DNA from: an uncultured Thermoleophilia bacterium
Lineage (GTDB): Bacteria > Actinomycetota > Thermoleophilia > Gaiellales > Gaiellaceae
Reading direction: 5' to 3'
Assembly: GCA_963817375.1 (NCBI GenBank)
Contig: CAWFOB010000006.1
Location: 285,208 to 349,207, forward strand
DNA: 64,000 nucleotides
Position numbers and translations under genes: made by a program. Positions within the stretch are counted from its first letter, which is position 1. Every line of letters starts with the position of its first letter. The notes under the pieces are model-generated. The model had not been told where the DNA came from and did not search any database. It saw only the letters and a program-made list of their open reading frames with translations. This document shows, one piece after another, positions 42,718 to 59,237 of the stretch.

Positions 42718-43488
42718 ATGGAAAAAGCCCAGAAGGAACGTCTCGTCGCGGAGCTGACGGAGCAGCTGCAGCAGGCATCGACGCTGCTCGTCGCGGACTA
42801 TCGCGGTCTCTCGATGACCGAGATCGATTCGCTCCGCACCGAGGTGCTGAAGCACGGCGCGACGTTCCGCGTCGTCAAGAACACGCTCACCCGGCGTGCC
42901 GCCGAAGCGGCGGGCCAGGACGCGCTGCTCGCGATGCTCGAGGGCCCGACCGGCATCGCGTTCCTCGAGTCCGAGGGCGACCCGGTCGCGGTCGCCAAGG
43001 CTCTCTCCGAGGCCGCGCGGACGACGAGGATCCTCGTCATCCGCGGCGGGCTGCTGGAGGGCCGCCCGATGAGCGGGCAAGAGGTCGAGGACCTCGCCAA
43101 GCTGCCGCCTGCGGACGTGCTCCGCGGCCAGGTGCTCGGCGCGATCCTGGGACCGCTGACCGCGATCGCCGGGCTGATCAACGCACCGCTGCAGAACCTC
43201 TACGGGCTGATCGATGCCCGCATCGAGCAGCTGGAGCAGCAGGGCGACACATCGGCGTCCCTCAGTGTGACCGAAGCGGCGCCCGCCGAGGAGGCTCCGG
43301 CGGCCGAGGAGGACGAGGCGCCCGCCGCCGAGCACGAGGAGCAGCAGGCGTCGGTGGACACCGAGACCGGTGAGAGCGCCGCCGCCGAGCAAGACGCGGC
43401 GGTCGCGTCCGCCGAGGCAGCAACGGAGGAGCCCGCCGAGGGCGCACCCGACACCCCCGAAGAGACACAGCAGGAAGAGGAGGAGTAA
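42718..43488 (+). CDS. rplJ: 50S ribosomal protein L10 with roughly 80-aa acidic C-terminal extension
   Basis: Internal ATG of ORF 42670..43488. [43 protein letters not shown].... Confidence 0.93.
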   Translation: MEKAQKERLVAELTEQLQQASTLLVADYRGLSMTEIDSLRTEVLKHGATFRVVKNTLTRRAAEAAGQDALLAMLEGPTGIAFLESEGDPVAVAKALSEAARTTRILVIRGGLLEGRPMSGQEVEDLAKLPPADVLRGQVLGAILGPLTAIAGLINAPLQNLYGLIDARIEQLEQQGDTSASLSVTEAAPAEEAPAAEEDEAPAAEHEEQQASVDTETGESAAAEQDAAVASAEAATEEPAEGAPDTPEETQQEEEE

Positions 43489-43490
43489 CG

Positions 43491-43877
43491 ATGGCAAATT
43501 CGGTCGACACGATCTTCGAGGAGCTCGGGAAGATGAGCGTCCTCGACCTCGTGCAGCTGAAGAACAAGATCGAGGAGGAGTGGGGCATCACCGCCGCCGC
43601 TCCGGTCGCGGCTGTCGGCGTGGCTGCGCCGGCGGGCGGCGACGGTGGCGGCGCAGCCGAGGAGCAGACGGAGTTCAACGTCGTCCTCAACGCCGCCGGC
43701 GGCCAGAAGATCCAGGTGATCAAGGTCGTCCGCGCGGTCACCGGCCTGGGCCTGAAGGAGGCCAAGGATCTGGTCGACAACGCCCCGAACGCGGTCAAGG
43801 AGGGCGTGCCCCGCGAGGAGGCCGACTCGATCAAGGCACAGCTCGAAGAGGCCGGCGCCGAGGTCGAGGTCAAGTAG
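43491..43877 (+). CDS. rplL: 50S ribosomal protein L7/L12
   Basis: ...[68 protein letters not shown]. Confidence 0.97.
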   Translation: MANSVDTIFEELGKMSVLDLVQLKNKIEEEWGITAAAPVAAVGVAAPAGGDGGGAAEEQTEFNVVLNAAGGQKIQVIKVVRAVTGLGLKEAKDLVDNAPNAVKEGVPREEADSIKAQLEEAGAEVEVK

Positions 43878-43880
43878 TCG

Positions 43881-43939
43881 CCACGCCGCTGACGCGGCGT
43901 GGTTAGGCGGGTAGAGGCGCTGAACGCGCCTCTACCCGC
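43881..43939. terminator. Two adjacent GC-rich hairpins between convergent rplL and the GT-C gene
   Basis: ccacgccgc-tgac-gcggcgtgg (43881..43902) and a perfect 14-bp stem gcgggtagaggcgc / gcgcctctacccgc (43907..43939). The second lies within the last codons of the minus-strand ORF. Confidence 0.5.
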
Positions 43940-45930
43940 ACGCTCCGGCGTCCGGTGTCCATACGGGCTTCGTCGCCCGCATGCCGAGCAGCCGGTTGGC
44001 GCTCAGCACCAGGTGGTCGACGCTGAACGTCGCCCGCCAGCGTGCGCTGCCGCAGGCCGTCAGGCTCGACCGTCCGCGTCTCTCCGGGCAGCATGTGGAT
44101 CCGGCTCCGGCCGGCGGGCGTCCGCACCCAGAGCGTGGCGGCGTCGTCCGTCGCCAAGCGGTGCACCGTGAAGCGGATGCGGCCCGCGATGCGCGGCCCC
44201 CACAACCGGAACGAGCCGGCGTTCCCGAGCCAGCCGTCGCGGTACCAGCCGGTCGCGTAGTAGGTGAGGCGCGGCGTGCCGGCCGGCTTCCAGAGCGCGT
44301 ACGCCTGGGAGGCGGCAACGCGCTGCGCGCCCCGCAGCGCGATCACGGCGGCGCCGCCGTCGACGAGCAGCGGCTGATCGAGGGGGCGGCCGGCGTCGAG
44401 GAGGGTGCCGTCGCGCGCGATTGAGAGCTTGTCCGCGCGGTAGGCGTCGAGCGGCGGGGCGCCGGGGAGCAGCAGGATCCGCTTCACCGAGCGGTTCCAG
44501 AACAGCTGCTCGAGGCCCTCCTTCGGAATGCCCTTGCTGTAGACCAGGGCGACGTCCCCGACGGCTGCGTGGTCGACCCACGAGCGGTCGGCGGGCAGGT
44601 AGTCGCGGCGGACTGCGCGGTCATAGCGGAGGTCGTACGAGGTCGCGGCGAACGCGGTCGCGGCGGGCGCGGCGATCGCCAGCGCGGTCACCAGGAGCGT
44701 CGCCCGGCGCATGCGTGCGAGGAGCGCGCAGGCGACGGCCAGCAGCCCGGCGACGAGGGCGACGACGAGCGAGCCGCCGCCGACGCCGCCGAACACCTCC
44801 TCCGACCGCGTGACCGCGAAGAGCACGGGCGCGTGATCCTTGCCGAGCGCGACGGCGTAGCCCGAGAGCGGCGTCGTCGCGGCGAGGACCAGCAGCCCGG
44901 CGCAGATGAGCGCGTACGCCCGCCACCACGGCCAGCCGCGCCCCGCGTGCACGGCGAATCCGACCGCCAGCAGCGGGACGGCGTAGAAGACGTAGCGCTC
45001 CTGCATCTGGCCCGTGTCGCCCCACAGCGCGGCCTGGAGAAGGAGCGCGGCGACGAAGGGCACCGTGAACGCCGCAAGTGCAAGCTCCGCGCGCGTGCGC
45101 GGGTGTGCGAAGGCGCCGGCGAGCCCGAGCGCTGCGCCGGGGACAACGACCAGCCCGGCGCCGTAGAGCAGCGCGAGGCCCTGCGTCGCGACGCGGTGCG
45201 CCAGGCTTGCCGGCCCGAAGTCGAGGCCCCAGAGGACGTCGCCGTACTGCCCGACGGTGCCGTGCGCGGCGTACGCGGCGGCCGCCAGCACCGCTGCGCC
45301 GAGGACGACCCACTGGCGCCGGAGGGTCCAGAGCAGCTGCCGCTCGCGGATGTCCATGAGCACGGCCGCGGCGAGGAGGCAGAGCGGGAGCACGAGCAGC
45401 TGCGCGCGCGCGAGCCCGGCGAGGCCCGCGACGCCGAGGAACGCGACCTGCGCACCTGCGGTCGGCCGGTCGAGCGCGCGGATGCCGAGCCACGCGGCGA
45501 GCAGCGTGAGCGGATAGGCGAACGGCTCGCTCAGCACCCAGCCGCTGTAGAGGAGGTCGGGCAGGGCCAGGGCAAGCGCGGCGACCGCGACCGCCAGGTG
45601 CTCGGACACGCCGACGCGCCGCGCGAGCAGGTAGACGGGCACGGCCGCGAGCGACATGACGACGGCGTTCGCGAGCTGGATGGCGTGGTAGGCGTCGGCC
45701 ACGTCGCCGAGGAGCCACGCCGGCGCCGTCAGGAGCGGCTGGAGCAGCCCCGGGAACGTCGCGTGCTGCCCGCGCACGAGCGGCCGGCCGACCGTCGCGA
45801 TCGACCGGCCGAGCTCCGAGTACAGGTACTCGTCCGGGAAGTACATGGGCGTCTGGCGCGCGAAGCCCGCGACCGTGCGGACAACGGCGCTTGCGACGAC
45901 GACGAGGGAAAGCGCCTGCCAGCCGGCCAC
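43903..45930 (-). CDS. Polytopic membrane glycosyltransferase-like protein (GT-C fold, ArnT/PMT family 39-like) with C-terminal soluble domain
   Basis: ORF 43903..46020. Its first 30 codons have low third-position GC, so GTG 45930 is preferred as the start. YFPDEYLYSELGRSIA motif after TM1, then about 12 hydrophobic segments. Confidence 0.55.
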   Translation of the reverse strand: MAGWQALSLVVVASAVVRTVAGFARQTPMYFPDEYLYSELGRSIATVGRPLVRGQHATFPGLLQPLLTAPAWLLGDVADAYHAIQLANAVVMSLAAVPVYLLARRVGVSEHLAVAVAALALALPDLLYSGWVLSEPFAYPLTLLAAWLGIRALDRPTAGAQVAFLGVAGLAGLARAQLLVLPLCLLAAAVLMDIRERQLLWTLRRQWVVLGAAVLAAAAYAAHGTVGQYGDVLWGLDFGPASLAHRVATQGLALLYGAGLVVVPGAALGLAGAFAHPRTRAELALAAFTVPFVAALLLQAALWGDTGQMQERYVFYAVPLLAVGFAVHAGRGWPWWRAYALICAGLLVLAATTPLSGYAVALGKDHAPVLFAVTRSEEVFGGVGGGSLVVALVAGLLAVACALLARMRRATLLVTALAIAAPAATAFAATSYDLRYDRAVRRDYLPADRSWVDHAAVGDVALVYSKGIPKEGLEQLFWNRSVKRILLLPGAPPLDAYRADKLSIARDGTLLDAGRPLDQPLLVDGGAAVIALRGAQRVAASQAYALWKPAGTPRLTYYATGWYRDGWLGNAGSFRLWGPRIAGRIRFTVHRLATDDAATLWVRTPAGRSRIHMLPGETRTVEPDGLRQRTLAGDVQRRPPGAERQPAARHAGDEARMDTGRRSVRVEARSAPLPA

Positions 45931-46010
45931 ACGCGGGAACGCCAGGGCAGGACGAACTGCTACCGCGCGTTGCATAAGAAGGCGTATCGGCGTAACCCAA
46001 ATCGGCTTAA

Positions 46011-46415
46011 ATCCGCTCAAGTAGCCTCCATCTCGAGGGGCTGTCCCCGGTCTGCCCTCCGAGCCCCCACTCCCCTTCGTGCCAACAGGGGGCTGTCCCT
46101 CGCGTATCTAGCGACGAAGCGGCTGGCCTTAGCCGCTTGGGCAGGCGCCCCGGTCGCCAGTCACGCGTGGGAGGGGCGGCGGTCGATTCCGCTCAAGTAG
46201 CCAACATCTCGAGGGGCTGTCCCCGGCTCACCCCGCGACCCGTCGCCCCTCTCGAAACGAAGGGGGCTGTCCCTCGCGTGACTCGCGACCGAGGCGCTTG
46301 CCCAAGCGGCTAAGGCCAGCTGCTTCGTTCCTAGATACGCGAGGGACAGCCCCCTGTTGGCTCGAAGGGACGGTGGGGCTTGGAAGGCAGCCGGGGACAG
46401 CCCCTCGATGTTGTG
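46011..46415. repeat. Nested cluster of three copies (two direct, one inverted) of a repeat unit of about 150-176 nt carrying paired GGGGCTGTCCC boxes
   Basis: ccgctcaagtagcc occurs at 46013 and 46189. Boxes occur at 46037, 46088, 46213 and 46262 (+) and at 46342 and 46393 (inverted). The stretch 46082..46167 recurs inverted at 46275..46360 with 6 mismatches by hand count. Confidence 0.8.
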
Positions 46416-46589
46416 CGTCTTAGGCTGCACGTCGGTTGCTACACTGCTCGTTCCTACCCCACGGCGGGCCCGAAAGCCTTGCGCGAGGGTGGGTTCAGCC
46501 GCTACGCTGCACGGTTCGCCACGTCTCAGCTTCGGCTTCGCCTGTCCGCACCCAGTCTTCACAACCAGTTCTGAGGGAGGTCTCTCCTT

Positions 46590-50234
<3,645 letters not shown>

Positions 50235-50265
50235 TCACCCACCGACGGAGAAGGAAAGGAACAAC

Positions 50266-54882
<4,617 letters not shown>

Positions 54883-54904
54883 CAGCTCGTCGGCACTGGC
54901 AGTT

Positions 54905-54940
54905 CGCGAGGCCCGGCATCTGCCGGGCCTCGCGTCGTTC
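54905..54940 (+). terminator. Rho-independent-type terminator after rpoC
   Basis: cgcgaggcccggca / tgccgggcctcgcg inverted repeat followed by tcgttct, 22 nt after the TAA. Confidence 0.6.
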
Positions 54941-54955
54941 TAGGCTTACCCCGGC

Positions 54956-55348
54956 ATGACCGCGAAGCCTCTTCTCGTCCTCCTCGCCGCCGGCACATGC
55001 GCAGCGGCCGCCACGGCGGCGTCGGGCTCGCCGAGCGGGACCCACAGCGCGACGCTCACGGGGGCCAAGCCGGCGGCGCTGAACGGCAGGTGGCAGGTCG
55101 ACTTCGGCACCTCACGGGCCCTTCGCATCGTCCGCAACGGGAAGGTCGTCGTTCTGTCGACGGCAACGCCGCTCGCCGGCCGCCATCTCAGGATCCACGA
55201 TGTCTTCGGGCCATACGCGTGCAGCAAGTCCGACGGCGACGGCGTGTACCGCTACGCGCTCGCAGGGCGTCGGCTTACCTTCACGACGGTGTCCGACCTG
55301 TGCATCGGCCGGAAGCTCGTGCTGACGACGAAGCCCTTCCTGAAGTAG
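54956..55348 (+). CDS. Small secreted protein or lipoprotein candidate (130 aa)
   Basis: Signal-like MTAKPLLVLLAAGTCAAAATAASG. ORF 54956..55348. I recognise no family. Confidence 0.6.
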   Translation: MTAKPLLVLLAAGTCAAAATAASGSPSGTHSATLTGAKPAALNGRWQVDFGTSRALRIVRNGKVVVLSTATPLAGRHLRIHDVFGPYACSKSDGDGVYRYALAGRRLTFTTVSDLCIGRKLVLTTKPFLK

Positions 55349-55480
55349 GGGCTGTCCCCGTGTCAGCGGGGGCTGTCCCCCGTGCGTGCATAGGACAGCG
55401 CCCGGATTCAACCGGACAGTTCTCCCGAAGACCGAGACATCGCCCGATCACTGGGGACAGCCCCCTTCGGGGACAGCCCC
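55348..55480. repeat. Second locus of the GGGGCTGTCCCC-box family: two direct boxes and two inverted boxes forming a long imperfect inverted repeat
   Basis: Boxes at 55348..55359 and 55368..55381 (+) and at 55453..55465 and 55469..55480 (inverted). GTAG immediately precedes the first box. Confidence 0.75.
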
Positions 55481-55519
55481 GGCAGCGTCTTCATACCTAA
55501 CTGGTACAAAGGCCGCGCC

Positions 55520-57280
55520 GTGAAGAAGCTCCTGCTCCTCGGCGCTTTCGCCGCGCTCGCGCTCGCCCCGGCGGCCGCGGCGCGCCCCTTTGCCGCGCCG
55601 CCCGCGACGCCTCCGGGCTGCGACCTCCCGGCGCAGCGCCCGCTCTGGATCGACTTCGGGGACGGCTCCGTCCCGTTCTGGCAGCAGATCTTCGCGAGGC
55701 CGGGGGTCGTCGCCGCCGCCTCGAACTTCCTCGTCCCGCCCAAGCTGCGCGCCGCGGGCGCGAAGACCATCTACTGGGACATGCATCTGTCGAACCGCGT
55801 CGGGACGCCGCAGAAGCCGCTGAGCCCGGCCGGGATCGTCGACCAGGCCGACCGGCTCTTCATGCGCGCGGTCGCCTCCTCGGGCTGCGCGACGCCGGTG
55901 ATCGCGCTGAACGAGCTCTTCGGCGCCGGCACGGCGACGCCCTGGTCGGACTCCAACACGCAGTACCGCGCGAACGTGCTCACGCTGCTCCGGCGGCTCT
56001 CGACGCTCGGCGCCCGCCCCTACCTGCTGATCTCGAGCCCGCCCTACACGGGCGGTGACGCGGCGCAGTGGTGGCGCGACGCCTCGCAGGTCGCCGACCT
56101 CGTGCGCGAGGTCTACTTCTCCGGGCCGCGCATCTCGCAGCAGGGGCCGCTGCTCGGCAGCCGCACGATGCGCGACGCCCTGCGCAACTCGATCGAAGCC
56201 TTCACGGACATCGGCATCCCCCCGTCGGGCCTCGGCGTGATGCTCGGATTCCACACGACGAAGGGGATCGGATCCGGGCGCGAGGGGCTCAAGCCCGCGA
56301 GCGCCTGGTTCGACGTCGTCAAGCTCGAGGCGCTTGCCGCCCGCCAGGTCGCGGGCGAGGAGGCGATCGGCTCCGTCTGGTCGTGGGGCTGGGGCGTCTG
56401 GAGCAAGGGCGAGACCGACCCCGACAAGGAGGCGGCCGCCTGCGTCTGGCTGTGGGCGCGCGACGCCTCGCTCTGTGACGGGCCGAAGCTCGCCGGTGAC
56501 GGTTTCGACGTCTCGCGCACCGAGGGGCTCCTGCCCGCGGGCGTCCAGTGCGCTCTCGGCACGAGCGTGGTGACCCGCTCGGCGCTCACGGCGGTGACGA
56601 AGCTCACCGGCGACACGGACGCCGCGCTGAGCGCGCTCCAGGAACGGCTCGTGCTCGCCCAGGCGACGAACCTGACCAGCTCGGAGCTCGACGCCGCCGA
56701 AGCGCAGGTCGTCGCGCGCTGGTTCGGCGGCCGCTTCGCCCGCTACGAGGCGGCGCTTGCGCACGCGGGCATCTCGCGATCGCTCGCCCGGTCGATCATC
56801 GATACGCAGGCACGCGAGCTCAAGATCCGCCACTCGCTCCACGTCGCCGCGCCGACGTCCGCCGAGATCCTCGACTGGTACACGAGCTACGCCACCGAGC
56901 CCGCGCGCGTCGTCGACGCGACGCCGGCGCCCTGGTGGCTCGGCCGTCGCACGCACGGCGTCGCGCTCTCCGCGACCGCCCCGGCCGCCGTCCTCACTGC
57001 GCTTCCCGGCGCCACGCCGCTGCTCATCCCGACGACGACCGGCTTCACGCGCGTCACCGTCGGCGAGCCGGCGATGCCGCTCGGCGCCTACCCGCTGTCG
57101 CTGGCGACGCCCGCGATCAGCGCCGCGCTGGTCGAGTCGAAGCAGCTGACCGCATTCGAGAACTGGCTCCTTGCGCGCCAGACGGCCGCGCTCCGCAGCA
57201 CCGTCTGCATCCGGGACGAGCTACCGTCGCCCGAACCAGTCGATCTGACTGGGTTCGTGCCGTTCCTCGCGCTCGCCTGA
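55520..57280 (+). CDS. Secreted hypothetical protein (586 aa)
   Basis: GTG start. Signal peptide MKKLLLLGAFAALALAPAAAARP. Protein-like throughout. I recognise no family. Confidence 0.65.
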   Translation: MKKLLLLGAFAALALAPAAAARPFAAPPATPPGCDLPAQRPLWIDFGDGSVPFWQQIFARPGVVAAASNFLVPPKLRAAGAKTIYWDMHLSNRVGTPQKPLSPAGIVDQADRLFMRAVASSGCATPVIALNELFGAGTATPWSDSNTQYRANVLTLLRRLSTLGARPYLLISSPPYTGGDAAQWWRDASQVADLVREVYFSGPRISQQGPLLGSRTMRDALRNSIEAFTDIGIPPSGLGVMLGFHTTKGIGSGREGLKPASAWFDVVKLEALAARQVAGEEAIGSVWSWGWGVWSKGETDPDKEAAACVWLWARDASLCDGPKLAGDGFDVSRTEGLLPAGVQCALGTSVVTRSALTAVTKLTGDTDAALSALQERLVLAQATNLTSSELDAAEAQVVARWFGGRFARYEAALAHAGISRSLARSIIDTQARELKIRHSLHVAAPTSAEILDWYTSYATEPARVVDATPAPWWLGRRTHGVALSATAPAAVLTALPGATPLLIPTTTGFTRVTVGEPAMPLGAYPLSLATPAISAALVESKQLTAFENWLLARQTAALRSTVCIRDELPSPEPVDLTGFVPFLALA

Positions 57281-58111
57281 GCCGGTCGTGTACAGCCGGC
57301 CGCTCGGCCGGTCGAACTCGCGGACGCTGATCGTCACCGGCATGCGCACGGCTCGCGCGTCGCCGACGGCGGCCAGCGCGGGCTCGAGCCTGCGCGCGAT
57401 CTCCTCCAGCAGCTCGAGCTGCGGCGCGCCCAGGGCGGCGGCCGGCGCGCGGGTCAGGATCGCGAGCAGGGCGGGCGTGCTCCCGGGCACCGGCACGGCG
57501 ACGCCGCGCTCAATCCGCCCCGTGGGCAGCTCGTCGTGCGGCTCGCGCTCGTACTCGTAGGCGATCTGGATCGAGCGAGTCCGCACCTTCGGGGACGGCA
57601 GCGTGCTCGCCAGCCGATCGGCCTCATGGCGTGCCAGGCCGAGCGTGCCCACGAACGGGTCGCCGGCCGGCGTCACGGAGACGAGCGCCGCATCCGCCCC
57701 GGGGATCGCGCGCGCCGTCTCTAGCGCCTGTGCGAGGAGTGCCTCGAGCTTCTGCGAGCCGGTGGCGGCGTCCGACGACGGCGCCGCGCGCGGCGACAGC
57801 TCGATCGCGCGTGGCGGCGGCCCCGGGTCAGGTGCCCAGGGCGCCTCGACTGCGCGCGCGGCCACCTGGTACAGCTCGTGATCGAGACGGACGGGCGCCG
57901 GCTCCACGTCCGGTGCGGGGGCCGGCTCCTCGGCGGCAGGCTCGGGCTCGGCGGCGGGGGTGCGCCAGTCGCGCAGGAGCAGGACGGAGAGCACGACCGC
58001 GAGCGTCGCGAGGACCGATGCGGCCACGACGAGGGCGGTCGTCACCGGCTCGCGCTGACGGCGGGGCGTGAACCGTGCTCCATCTCCACCCTCATTGTTG
58101 GCTGTTTGCAC
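57221..58111 (-). CDS. Membrane-anchored GAF-like domain protein (no output domain)
   Basis: ORF 57221..58201; GTG 58111 is preferred as the start. The TM helix VTTALVVAASVLATLAVVLSVLLL, Pro/Glu linker and sensor-like domain are alignable in architecture with the N-terminal half of 59238..60428. Confidence 0.55.
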   Translation of the reverse strand: MQTANNEGGDGARFTPRRQREPVTTALVVAASVLATLAVVLSVLLLRDWRTPAAEPEPAAEEPAPAPDVEPAPVRLDHELYQVAARAVEAPWAPDPGPPPRAIELSPRAAPSSDAATGSQKLEALLAQALETARAIPGADAALVSVTPAGDPFVGTLGLARHEADRLASTLPSPKVRTRSIQIAYEYEREPHDELPTGRIERGVAVPVPGSTPALLAILTRAPAAALGAPQLELLEEIARRLEPALAAVGDARAVRMPVTISVREFDRPSGRLYTTGSGEREERHEPSQIDWFGRR

Positions 58112-58214
58112 AGAAATTTCACGGGGTAGGGAGTAGTCTGCCGCGCAGCGGCACGGGGGCCGTTCGGCGGTCGGCGAAGTACGAGCCGGCCGCCCTCTCA
58201 AGCGGGAGGGGCAA

Positions 58215-58613
58215 ATGTTGAACAGTGGGGGGAACAGGTCGTCCGGTGGCGCGTCGCCCGGGGTCCGGCTGGTCGTGCTCGGCGCGGCGGCGGGCGCGCT
58301 CGGCTACGCCGTCGTCTACTTCTTCGACCGCTCGCTCGGCGAGGAGCGCCGCCGCCGTATGCTCGAGGCGGCACACGCGGCGGTGCAGGAGGTCGTGCTG
58401 CTGTCGCAGCGGCTCGTCGCCGGCGCGCGCCGGAGGTCGAGCGCGAGCCGGCTCGGGCTCCCGCGCCGGAGCCGGTCGTCGCCCCGCGGCGTGACCACTA
58501 CGAGCCGAGGCGCGAGCCGGACATGCCGGGCATGCTCCACGAGAAGGTCACGTTCTTCCGCCCCGGCGAGGACGAGCCCGCGGAGGCGCCCGTGCTCGCG
58601 CCCGTCGCCGTGA
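58215..58613 (+). CDS. Small membrane protein ORF; probably the N-terminal part of a frame-disrupted gene continuing in 58523..59227
   Basis: GGGAGGGG lies 4 nt before ATG 58215. TM segment VRLVVLGAAAGALGYAVVYFF. After about codon 72 the frame turns into Arg/Ser-rich text. Confidence 0.45.
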   Translation: MLNSGGNRSSGGASPGVRLVVLGAAAGALGYAVVYFFDRSLGEERRRRMLEAAHAAVQEVVLLSQRLVAGARRRSSASRLGLPRRSRSSPRGVTTTSRGASRTCRACSTRRSRSSAPARTSPRRRPCSRPSP

Positions 58614-59227
58614 TCACCGAGGAGCTGCCGGGGGAGCCGGCGCGGCACGAGCCGCGGTACGACCCGCCGGCGCTGGCGCCGACGATCATCGCGTACGACG
58701 CCGACGCCAACGCCGAGCCGGAGCCCACCCCCGAGGCGCCGCCGGCCGCCGGCACGCCGGGCAAGCGCCGGACGCTGCTCGCTGCCGCCGCCGTCGTCGC
58801 CGTCCTGGCGGCCGCCGCGGCGCTCGGCGCCTGGGCGATCTGGAGCGGAAGTGACTCGAAGAAGGCGACTGCCACGGTCCCCGCCGGCGCCGCGCAGGCG
58901 ATCAGCCTCATCTCGCAGCCCGGTGCCCGGCGAATCCCGGTGGGCGGGTCGAACGGGAAGATGGTCCTCTACGTGACGAGAACAGGCAAGGCTGTCCTGA
59001 TCGTGTTCGGCCTCAAGGCAGCGCCGCCCGGCAAGGAGTACCAGGCGTGGTTCGTCACGGGGAAGACGCCGCACTCGACGGGCCTGTTCAAGGGCGGCGA
59101 GACGCAGCTCGTCATCCCGCTGCAACAGCGTCTCCCGAAGGGCGCGGTCTTCGCCGTCACGGTCGAGCGGGCGGGAGGCGTGCCGGCGCCGACGCAGGCG
59201 CCGGAGTTCACCGCGAAGTTGAGCTAG
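58523..59227 (+). CDS. Anti-sigma-K factor RskA-like C-terminal domain membrane protein
   Basis: TM helix TLLAAAAVVAVLAAAAALGAWAIW followed by ...GKEYQAWFVTGKTPHSTGLFKGGETQLVIPL...AVTVERAGGVPAPTQAP. The frame looks coding upstream of ATG 58523. Confidence 0.7.
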   Translation: MPGMLHEKVTFFRPGEDEPAEAPVLAPVAVITEELPGEPARHEPRYDPPALAPTIIAYDADANAEPEPTPEAPPAAGTPGKRRTLLAAAAVVAVLAAAAALGAWAIWSGSDSKKATATVPAGAAQAISLISQPGARRIPVGGSNGKMVLYVTRTGKAVLIVFGLKAAPPGKEYQAWFVTGKTPHSTGLFKGGETQLVIPLQQRLPKGAVFAVTVERAGGVPAPTQAPEFTAKLS

Positions 59228-59237
59228 GCCCTACGCG

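Noticed and set aside
46011-46415. Possible CRISPR array or invertible promoter switch upstream of rpoB.
   Set aside because: The repeats are long (about 150 nt), partly inverted and directly abutting, without regular unique spacers, so this is not a CRISPR array. No cas genes, recombinase or invertase are within the window, so an active invertible switch is unsupported. I kept it as a repeat-family finding.
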